From assembly GCA_048128005.1 (NCBI GenBank), contig JBEUKZ010000054.1, positions 1,054,001 through 1,118,000 of the forward strand: a DNA stretch of 64,000 bases, read 5' to 3'. The translations under genes and the position numbers were made by a program. Origin of the DNA: Veleropilina oligotropha. Taxonomy: Eukaryota. Below, one piece after another: positions 13,701 to 25,700 of the stretch. How positions within the stretch are numbered: position 1 is the first letter of the stretch; each line of letters starts with the position of its first letter. A model generated the notes under the pieces. That model saw only the letters and a program-made list of their open reading frames with translations, was not told the origin of the DNA and ran no database searches.

Positions 13701-16700
13701 TCAAGTCCTGTGCCACTGAGAAGATTTGTTGCCTACTTGCCATGAAGTATCAGATTCATTTCTTACGATGTGCCTACAGTTGCATGCATTTGCTTTCTCT
13801 TCCAGAGCGTTGCGGGTGTCATCGGGCCCAACGAGAATGTCCAGATCATCATCCTGGTGATCGTCGTCAACTTCAATCAAGATTACGTGTCGTCCCCTGT
13901 ATTCCAAACATCCGCTGACAGCACCAACTTGGGCGGTAAGCATAATTATATGAGCCTGATCATGATGGTCCTCCTGCTGCCATATATGACTCCATATTTA
14001 AGAACATTGTTTGCATTTTCATGTCACAAAATTAAATGTAGATCAGTTTCTTTTAACAGAGCTTCTAGTTGAGGCTCTTTTTCTTCATAATGAATATGAC
14101 CACAGCTTTTTAATTGGAAAATAAATTTCAAACAAAGCAAACATGGACTAGTATATTATATGCTATATTTGTCTTCCAGCCCCATTGCAGAATGCCGCGG
14201 GAAGTACCGTGGGTAGGCGGCGGCTGCTGGCGACGACGGTACCGGCAGACGAGATAGTCAACCCGACTCTCTGCTTGGAAATCAACGAGATGGTCTTGTT
14301 TAAAGTCTGGATTGATCCGAACGATCGGACCTTGAGCCATTTTCCGGTCTATCAAAAGGATCACCTGTACAACAGCAACCCGTCGTTTGACTACGGCGCC
14401 TTCACGCAGTTGGCGTCATACATCACGTCCACTAATATGACCATCAGCTCATTTGCCTATGTCTTCACGGAAGGTGGAAATTACGTATTCCGCGACTCAC
14501 AGGTCGTAGATAGGCGAGTTTCAAGATATTCTATAGCATGGATATTGAATGGCCGCCTGTTGTGCATGATTGAGATCCCTTAAAACAAATGTTATATTTA
14601 ATATGTGAATACTATATATTTATTAATTTGCCATCTCTCTATAGACTGGTCTGAGGTTACGACCACTCATGACCTGTGGTGTATCACAGCATTACCTTAT
14701 GTGCTAATCTGGACAATAACCTTTTTACCAAAAAAACAGTTATTTTAGTACATTCAGCTATTTAAGTGTCTGTATGAAATAAATATAATAAGAATAATAT
14801 ATGTATTGCATGACTCGGAAGATTCTTGTAGGATAAGTGACTCATGATGTTATTTGCTTCAGGAATGTGTTCATTTCGGTGCAGCCATCTGGATCATCCT
14901 GCCCTACGAACTCTGCGAGAATCGGACCGTCATCTCCGGATGAACTCATCGCATTAGGGTTCTACAAGAGCCCATCCAAAAATGAGGCCCCTGATTGGGG
15001 ACTAATTATTGGTGAGTCATTAGACAATTTAATGTATGGCACGTTTAATTAGTTGAACCATGTAAACGGAGCAACTATTGTATTGAGGCTTTCTGTGTGG
15101 TGTATGCCCGCGCTGTCTGTGTGGTGTATGTCCACGATGACTTTCATACATGTGATAAACCCAAAACAGCATTCCAGGAGGTTGGGGTCAATATTCCAGA
15201 AGATTCCAGAAGTATTTTGATCCATATATTTTATCGTTGATTTTGTAATATATTTGTAATTATTTGCATAAACATGACATTACTGTACTGTTTTAATCTT
15301 TGAAATTGATTTATTAGTATTTGAAATTAATAATACAGTAATAATAATAAAAGCTTTATTTAATGAGGGAGATCAGTTGACAGAGAGCCAATCTTCCCTG
15401 AGTCCCTCCTATCTAATTACATGTACAGCATAAAATATACAGTATACAGTTACATTACAGACCATATTATGATTTATTAATATTTTAAATTCATGTACAG
15501 TGGATTCACACTTAATTGCATAACGCTTAATTGCATATTTCGGATATTTGCATAAAATCTGCAGGAACAGAATAGTTTACTATTATTATCATATGCAAAT
15601 AATCGCTTAATTGCATGCATAATTACCGGATTTTCGCTTATTTGCATAAGAAATTTTCGACTGCACAATACATAATTGATATTAACATCGTTAAATTGAT
15701 CAAAATACTTGCGTATTTGCCGGTATGTCTTGCTACGCCATCGTAAAGATGTTTATTCAACAGTAACATGCGAAGTTTAACCATTTTTTCAACCTCGTGG
15801 GTTTTAAAATAATTTTTACTTCCGGAAAAAGTCTGAACTGAAAGTTCGATAAACATCGTTTCAGTGTAGAAATGTTATGGAAATGAACGATGTCAATCGG
15901 GGATATTATGGGATGGAAGACATCGATCGATAATCCGATTAAAATCTATTGTCAAAGTCCAAATGACAGACTTAAGGGTTTATCTGAACGCAAAATCAAA
16001 GATTAGGCTTACGAATCAATGTAAAAGGTGCCGTTACATGTATTCATGTGAACATCACTTAGTTCGCCGATAAATAACATAATTATAAGACAAAAACAAC
16101 ACAACGTTTCTTTTGTAACAAAATTAAAACTTATCTCCCCTGATTTGGTTTCGTAGCATCGCCGTTGAGAACTACGGTTATTTAATTATTATTTTAACTT
16201 ATATATGAAGACAATGTCTATCATATCATATACTGGACTAATTAAATATCGCTAGAAATAATTATTCAATAATTGTAAAAACAAATCGATTCGAGATAAA
16301 AACATAGGGCAAAATTTTCAACATGGCGGCCGATAACGCGACACGTGTTCAGCAGAAGAGAAACATTCAGAATATGAATTTCCACACCCTAGTAAACTAT
16401 ATATCAATTCTACTGAAACAGGTCAGAATAACCACAAAATATTGTGTATACAATCCGTATTCATGGAAAGAAAAATACATTACGCAAATTCTCCTTTTGT
16501 AAATAAATTTATTACCAGGACATATATTTATAATAAAGAACCATTTAAATACAAGTAGGCTAATTATCATGGGTGATTTCCGGCGATAAACTTGCCGAAA
16601 TTTACGTAACGGTTCAACGCATAATCTGCTTATTTGCATAAATAATCGCGACAATCTCGCTATGCAAATAAGCGGAATCCACTGTATTAATAATTGAAAT

Positions 16701-19700
16701 TGATTTTAAAAAAATTAAAATTAAAGTCATTTATTAATATTTGAAATTCATTTTTAATATTTGAAATTCATTTTTAAATATTTATAAATCAGTTTCAAAT
16801 ATTTATAAATCAATTTTAAATATTAATAAATGAATTATAAAAAATATTATTAAAAACCTATTTTTGTCCACGATGGCTTGCCATAGTTTTCACTAAAATT
16901 GACAGGTAGCCATTTTGTTTGCGTCCATGTGCTGACACACATTTTAAATGCATTTTATGATTAAAACTTGTTAATCTTGACAAATATCACATCAAAAGGT
17001 ATGTCTTGTAATTAGTTGCCATAGAGTCCATTCATTATCCTTCTATTAATTCCACAAATCTCTGTGTGTTTGTTTGTTTGTCCTTCAAATATCTCGAGAA
17101 CCGTCGACCCGATTGTCTTAAAAGTTGGTGGGTGCATGACTGACGACCCCGGGGAGTGCATATCAAAAAGTCAATGCCAACCGATATAGATTAAGGATGG
17201 GTTTTTAGCATTTGTCCGAAAACATAGCGCTAAGGGCAAGTTCAATACTAGCGAACGTTAGGTAATGTTACCTAACGCTTCTTGGGATAATGAACGACAG
17301 TTGATAATTTTCGTCATACTAACAAATCAAGTCTCTAAATAAACAAGTAATTTAGAAAGTACAAGAATACATATTTTTCATCTGCATTATTAATTCCATG
17401 CTGCTGTTATTATTTAACATATACCTGTTGTAGATAACCCATTTAACTATTAAAATTAACTTCATTATGTACAGGATGAATTTTACTGCACATAACCGTC
17501 GCAAATTAAATTACCCCCCACCCCCATGTTCAACCAAAGTTGTTATTTACAATGCAAAACAGGAGGAGGAGGAATTATGCTTAATGTCCTGTATATTTAT
17601 AACATCGAGGTTCAAGGCAGGACATGTCCGTGTTATCGCGGGAGGAAACCCCGGTCGCCGGGTAAACCCGCCCTCTTCGGCCAGTCACGGACAACTGTGC
17701 TTCATAACTTGAACAAATGTGTGCTGCCTCAGCCGGGGGTCGATCCCACTACTGTTCGCGTCAGCGGAAACAAGCCAGTGAATTTAGAGTGGACACTCTA
17801 CCCACTGCGCTACCGAAGCGGCCATACAATGCAAAACAGCAGAGAGCATAAAAATATGACAAATATATAGACATTTAATAGCATTATTATGTTAGATTAA
17901 CTTTTAGTTAAGTATTATTCAGACTATTCGACGTCTTCGCATGTATTTCATTTTTTTTTATTTCCTTGCAAACACAGTGTCCTCCGACCGTTCTATTTCG
18001 CTCAAGTTTTGTTCAGAAACCGTTCAATTTGAATAGTTAGCTAACGTTAGGTAACATTATCTAACGTGTACTTCCATTGAACTCAGCCCAAAACAAATAC
18101 AGAGTATAAAGGGAAGTAATTACTACATTAAACACAATATCCTTACAAAGATAATTTGTTATTTGATGACGGGAAAAGTACGGTACTAAAGACAATCGTC
18201 ATTGAAACGACGAGTCTATTGTGTTTTCCTTTATTAAATGATAAACATGTTTTTAAAAGCCTACGTATTTTTTATGCCGGGAAAGTACGGTGCGATATAA
18301 CTTCGTCATTGAAACGACCAGTCGATTTCAACTGCGTTTGCACTGGAAACCAACACGTGTGCCGGTGTCACGAACTATACCGTACGGCTGACTATACCGT
18401 ACAGGTCTTATCTGTAATATCAATAATACGTATTGTAATATCGCATCTTGTAATTCATGGGACTTAATTAATTTATAAGAGCAATTTCATCGGAATAACG
18501 CAAATTAATGATAATCGGTAATTTCATCTCCGTACGCTACTGGTCGCGATTGTTGCGGTTAACACCCAAGTACTTATACTCCAGAGTAACCATGTTGATG
18601 TATTGAACTGGAAAAAGGTTAATTTTAAGACCATTAGGTGAACAATAGTGACATAACCACAAGTCCATGAATTACAAGATGCGATATTAAAATACGTATT
18701 GCTGATATTACAGATAAGACCTGTACGGTATAGTCAGGTGTACGGTATAGTTCGCGACACCGGCACATTATGTGTGGGCTATAGTTATATCGTTCGAATA
18801 TTTGTAATAATCGGTCAGTGTAAAAGCCTCAACTAGCACATACAATTTCATTTCCCAATGTCTTTTTCGTCCAAAATCAACTAAATTCATTTGACTTTCA
18901 ACCCCGGCTTTCAACATGCCACAAATTAACTCACATTCAGAAATATTTAATTTGTTGACTTTCAACATACCACAAATTACCTCACAAATTGACAGACCAA
19001 AATATTATAATAGTACAGTGGGTACTTCACATGTATACTCCACAGGTGTCAGGAAGTGCCCCTATTGATTTAGGGGACGAAAGGTCAATACCTCACTGAT
19101 TTGGGCGTCGATAGATTTAATTACCCCACGGGCACTGGCTAGTATTTATAATTCAAATAATGCAGCAATTGATCTATTGAGCTTGAAAATATGGGTGACC
19201 CAATTAGGCGCCGCCAAATTGCTAGACAATTTGTTATAAGATGAATGGTCAATTAACGAACAATGCTGGCATAGTTAAGAGCAATCCCAGTAAGATCCTT
19301 ACTCTTCTGAATTACATTGCAAGAAAATAATATTGTGGAAATAAATTATACTGAAGATTGAATTTGTCTCTGGAGTATTATCTGATTTTGAGAGAATTAT
19401 GTCATTTCCGGAGACTCCCGAAATAGGCCATTTTGGGGGTGGCGATTCCCGGAGTATTATCCTCCCGGCCGGAGATATCACATGTATGGACTTTACGTGG
19501 CATAACATTGTCAATTCAAAACATATAGCCACGAAACTTCATATATATGATATATGAGTGGATATCTAACTACTGATTGATTTATGAGGTCAAAGGTCAA
19601 GGTCACTAAAGTCAAATAAGTGTAAAATACATAAACACATATTTCTGGACTCGGTCAACCTAGAAAGATAAAATTATGTTTATTTGATAAGTCTCCTCAA

Positions 19701-22700
19701 AGCACATACACGACATGATTCAAATGTCAAGGTCACCAAGGTCAAATGGAGTAAGGTACTGTGGCCATATGAGTGGGCACTCGGCTCAACTATGCTTCCT
19801 CTCGAATGCGCTTGTTGGTTATCTCTTTATTATTATTTGCATATTGTATATTTATTTTAAATCTTGTTTATTTATCACCATTTCACATACGATTTCATTT
19901 AAATTAAGCGTTTTACCGCTACATTAAAAAAATCTTTATTCGACCCATTAAGAAGATTTTTCTGAAGAAGCATTAACTTAATCATCCAAACAGGTTACCA
20001 TCAAAGTGGGAACCCCACTTGATCCAGCATTGTGCAGTAGTCTAGTATGTAACTCCCTTGCTTCCAGGCATGCTGTCCTTCTTTGGAGTGCTCGTGCTCA
20101 TGTTGGTGATCGCCGTGATTGTGTGGAGGCCGCAGGATACCGTTCTCTATCCGATGAAACACTGGAAGCCTCGTTACCGGAGCCTTGGAGCGCCCCCTCC
20201 CGTGCCAAGCTACATCCGACATGACACGGAGCACTGGCACGAACCGACACTGTGAGTCCCGCAGTAATTACGTCATTCAGTTTTCAAATTAGTATTTTTA
20301 TTGTATTTGATGGGTTTTTTTAATATTATTTGATGAAGGAAATTGCACCAGTTGAGATGTAAATGTGAAAATATGTGCTGAAGTACATTCAACAGATTCA
20401 ATCTCTGCATATCAGTTCATGCAGTTCAAGATATCTTTGTTACGATTTGACTGTCAGATGTCCTCATTTGAAGTTAACCTCAATAATTGTATATATACAT
20501 GTACGATCATTCAGAATTGTTTTACTCAGCATAGTTTTATATTTATCAAAAAATTGTATATACAATTTATGTATTATTAATTCAATAATTGTTTCTGTAG
20601 GGATTCCGGCATGTTGGGACCGAGGCCGAGTGGGGACGGAGCAGATGCCATGGCGGCTAAAGCATATGGTAAGATTATTTATAAGTGCTGCTGTGGTTAC
20701 GACTGGTTGTGCACATAATTGTGTCCTGTATTCACGTATTTTGCCTGCCTGCTCTGGTTCAGCAGTGTGGGTGCTGCTGTGGTTACGACTGGTCATGCAC
20801 ATTAATGTGTCCTGTATTCATGTATTTTGCCTGCCTGCTCTAGTTCAGCAGTGTGGGTGCTGCTGTGGTTACGACTGGTCATGCACATTAATGTGTCCTG
20901 TATTCATGTATTTTGCCTGCCTGCTCTAGTTCAGCAGTGTGGGTGCTGCTGTGGTTACGACTGGTCATGCACATTAATGTGTCCTGTATTCATGTATTTT
21001 GCCTGCCTGCTCTGGTTCAGCAGTGTGGGTGCTGCTGTGGTTACGACTGGTCATGCACATTAATGTGTCCTGTATTCATGTATTTTGCCTGCCTGCTCTG
21101 GTTCAGCAGTGTGGGTGCTGCTGTGGTTACGACTGGTCATGCACATTAATGTGTCCTGTATTCATGTATTTTGCCTGCCTGCTCTGGTTCAGCAGTGTGG
21201 GTGCTGCTGTGGTTACGACTGGTCATGCACATTAATGTGTCCTGTATTCATGTATTTTGCCTGCCTGCTCTGGTTCAGCAGTGTGGGTGCTGCTGTGGTT
21301 ACGACTGGTCATGCACATTAATGTGTGCTGTATTCATGTATTTTGCCTGCCTGCTCTGGTTCAGCAGTGTGGGTGCTGCTGTGGTTATGACTGGTCATGC
21401 ACATTAATGTGTGCTGTATTCATGTATTTTGCCTGCCTGCTCTGGTTCAGCAGTGTGGGTGCTGCTGTGGTTACGACTGGTCATGCACATTAATGTGTGC
21501 TGTATTCATGTATTTTGCCTGCCTGCTCTGGTTCAGCAGTGTGGGTGCTGCTGTGGTTACGACTGGTCATGCACATTAATGTGTGCTGTATTCATGTATT
21601 TTGCCTGCCTGCTCTGGTTCAGCAGTGTGGGTGCTGCTGTGGTTACGACTGGTCATGCACATTAATGTGTGCTGTATTCATGTATTTTGCCTGCCTGCTC
21701 TGGTTCAGCAGTGTGGGTGCTGCTGTGGTTACGACTGGTCATGCACATTAATGTGTCCTGTATTCATGTATATGTAGTTACAAACATACTTACGTCCTTA
21801 CTCTTGCCATAATAGTCATATTATCGCTAACCGGAAACAGTGAATAAAGTCACATTTAGGCACTTATTAAGTCAAAAACGTACCACGATTACCTCCCCTG
21901 CTCCCGCTCTCTAAGTTCCCCCGGCGAGATCTCGCCAAGTCTCGCGAGATATCCGAGCTCGAGATCACAAGACCTCAATTCAAAGTTTTCCGCCGAGACG
22001 GAAAGACGTGTTTTTGCTCCGCAAATATTTCGAATTGTCTACGATTTATATGTTTAAATCGAGGACGCTATATCACTTATATACATGAAGATAATATAAG
22101 TTGGGGAATTACACTGTGTTGTGGATACTAAACACAAGTGAATAAGGAGGATTGTGATTCTAAAGCTTCGAAGAAGTTCTGAAAATCAGTGAAACCGACA
22201 TCGCCGCTGTTGCAGGGAAAAGCATGGCCGCTCAGAGGGGAAGTTTCGTGTAATAGAAGAAATTCTGGTCGGTATTTTATCTGATATTGTTTGAGACTGC
22301 AAACAGGTAACTCATTATATTGGATAATTCCTTAACGACGCTATTGCTGGTTATTATTGTATAAAAATTCTAGCGTCGTTAATAGGCAGGATCGTTTTGA
22401 TATCACGCTTGCGTTTTTCTGATATCCTGCCGTTTCTGGGATAATACGCCATTGTACTAACATAAAAACATCCACGAGGTTTTCAGGTGTTTTCTGGGCG
22501 GTTTTTTCTAAGAAAGAACCCCCGTTTGTCTAGTCAATTTGCCGGGTTACCGGGTCGTGTCGGGTAAATACCCGACCTCGGTGTTCCCAGTTCGGGGTTT
22601 TTTGCGGTATATTGCTTGATCTTTGATCTTCAGATCAGGGCAATTCTGAGAGTTGTCGTAGTAAAAGTCACAACTACCATATATATACCTATTTACCTAC

Positions 22701-25700
22701 CCCGTTTACCCACTACCTCCCTCCCGTGTATTCAGGTATGGTCCGGTACAGTAGCTCCGGGTGTAACCAGAAAATTCACGGGTTTGATAAGCACACGGAA
22801 TGCCGTATTCACCGTAGTTGTAGTCGTAAACTTCAATGTGATTTGTGCATTCTTTTATCAGAGAAGCAGTGGGCGGTTCTATCCCACCCGGGTAAGTCGA
22901 CCAGGGCGACTGCTACGGTGGGCCCTAATCCAGAGAAGGGTCTGGAAAAGGGGCTGATTGAAGAGACTGGTAAGTTAAGGGATAATTCTTCTTTGTCTGC
23001 TTCAGGGACTTCAGGGGCCAGGGACGACAGCCGACGTAGGGCTCCGTCTGTCGCCGGATCTACCGGCGAAACCTCCGCGACTCTTGGGGGAGTCACCGAA
23101 CCCTTGCCGGGACCCCAGATTCAGGTAAAGGCCCGAGTGCCGACCCTTACTCCTCGACCGGGCCTAGTAGCTGCAGCCAACCATACCTTGCCGGCTAGCA
23201 AGGTATATCTGGCAGCGCAGCGAACAGCTGAACAGGGCAGACGATCCCCTTCCTATTCTTCGGCCTCGAAGAATCAGGGGCCAGTTAGTCCTTCTGCGGG
23301 AAACTCTCCGTCTAGCGACGGGGACAGACTCAATGCAGAGAAAACCTTTAAAGAGGCCGGGCACCTTTTCGAAGGTCTAAGATCCGGACAATCGGCGACA
23401 CCTGAATCCTCGATCGAGAACGACGCGACTACCCCTAAGGGTTTTCCGCTCAACCTCGAAGCTCACGAGACATTCAGAGGGCCCGTTCTTTCCCGTGCAC
23501 CCACGATGGTCACGCTAGAGAACGTGGACAGACCGGCTGCGTTCGGGACGGGGTTCTACGGCGGTTTTCCGACCGTGCCTCTCCCGAACAGAGTGGTAGA
23601 CCGATCTGAACTGTTGCCGCAGTTTTATCGGTCGTCCGGCCCACTGACTGCGCCTTCGGGCCAGCCCTTCGGGTTCGACCCCTCGACAAGTGCCCTAGGA
23701 CCCTGGTCCTCGGCCCCACCTGTCTATGCAGCCCGTCTACCTAGCGCCACGGTTTCCTCGACTGAACTACCGGCTGTTAGTTCGACGCCCGTCCTGCCTC
23801 AGGGTTTCTCTTTGGAGAACGTCCAGGCATGGATCGCGGCGGGGATCGAGGAACGGTGTAAGGCCTGGCCGACGGCTCCCCAGCCGCGCCTGGTACCTAC
23901 ACATCTGCCCATGGCGCAGAGCACGGCTCCTGCCTCCGTGATGGAGATCGACCCTCGTTCCGACGAGGACCTCGGTTCCAATCACACCGACCTCCCTGAA
24001 TCGGTCGGGCCCGAAGACGTTAGTCTTTCAGGCACGCAGGAGCCGACCTCCTCCACCCGCCGAAGGCTCGACGCCGTTGCGTCACTTCGCGGGGTGCTTG
24101 GCTTGTCGGAACCGACTCGGTCGGCCGTAGACGTAGTCAAGCACAGGACGGCAGCACATCGGTTTGTTGCGAGGGAAGCCCCCGAGCTCCCCTCCTTACC
24201 TCAGTCTGGGCTGGTTGATCTGGTGGTCGACTCGACAACCAAGCTCATTCAGGGGCGCAATCCGGTGGAGTCCTCCCTGCTGACCGAGTTCCCTTCGGGG
24301 TTCCGTAGTGGGAGGTACCTCCGGGCCAGTTCGCGAGCGATCCCGTTCGCCTGTACTGGTCCGTGCCTAGCGACTGAGCCGGCTCATGTAGACGCTTCGT
24401 TGCGTCGACTGACCGCCAGTCACACTCCCTCCGTGGCGAAAGTTCCTTGGTCCGCCTTGGAAGCTTTCGAGAGCGCCGCCCGACGGGCTCTACGGCTATC
24501 GTCTGTTCAGGATTTTTTCTTGGACGGCGCGATAGCCGTACTACAGGAGGATGGACCCGGCGCCCCCGAGGCTGCCCTGTCCTTCCTCCAGGAGGTTGCT
24601 GCCGCACAGGAGACCAGCGCGTTGGAGACGGGGCGTGTCCTGGGCAATGCACTCCTACTTCGTAGGGATGCTTGCCTGGAAGGCACCTCGCTAGACGAGG
24701 CCACCCGGCGCTCGTTGCGATGCGTGCCTTGCTCGGAGTTCGTTGACAAGAGAGCGGCGGACATGAAGGACCGTGCCATCGAGAAGGCGGTACTGCACCC
24801 CGTTCGGGGTCCACCTGCCGACTCGAGGAAGCGCTCAGGGCCCACCCGGGCTCCGAAGCCTTCTAAGCGTGCGAAGCCCTCTTCGGGTGGTAGGCCTCCG
24901 GCCAATAAACCCACTCCAAAGAGGCAAGCACCTCCAGCGAAATCCCGTAAGCAGAGCGGGAGAGGGAAGCCTCGGCCCTAGGGCTGCCGGCATTCGCGAC
25001 GGTCCCAGTTGCCCGCTTCCGCCGGTGGGAGCGTGCCTGTTAGCGCACAGCCAGTCGTGGCTGGAGCTGACAGACAGCAACTGGGTCCACTTAGTCGTGA
25101 GTGCCGGATACAAGTTGGCATTCAACCGGCATCCGACCTTAACCGAGGCACCACCATCAAGACACGCTCGCCTCCTAAACGGAGAGAAACAAGCGGTCTT
25201 AGACCAGGCAGTGCGGGATTTGCTGCTAAAAAGAGCGATATATCCCGCGCCGCCCAGCACACCAGGATTTTACAGCCATTTCTTCCTGGTCCCGAAACCC
25301 GATGGCCGCTGGCGACCGATCCTCGATCTCTCGTATCTCAACCGATATCTTCGTACCGAGAAATTCCAGCAAGAAACCCTCTCGAAGATTCGAGCGGCCA
25401 TCCGTCCGGGCGACTGGGCAGCGTCTATCGATCTGACCGACGCGTACCTGCATGTCCCGATGCATGTCACGGCTCATCAGTACCTTCGGTTTATACACGG
25501 GGAGACGATCTACCAATTCAGGTGCCTACCGTTCGGTCTATCGTCAGCCCCTTACGTCTTCACGAGAACAGTACAGGCCCTAGGGGCCTTCCTACACTCT
25601 CTAGGGCACAGGGTACATATGTACCTCGACGACTGGCTGATCCTCGGGGCGTCCCGGGATCTGTGCCTCCGGTCTACGAGCTTTACCCTGTCATCGACGA

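Larger units (their letters stand above)
17038..19142 (+). mobile_element. Non-autonomous Helitron
   Basis: A^TC start followed by (gttt)n; GC-rich ccccacgggcactgg then CTAG^T end. Confidence 0.6.
15049..19816. mobile_element. HINE/Helentron-associated non-autonomous element carrying nested insertions
   Basis: Subterminal IR tagttgaacc / ggctcaacta, microsatellite-like segment near the left end, terminal hairpin + cttgtt at the right end. Confidence 0.6.
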
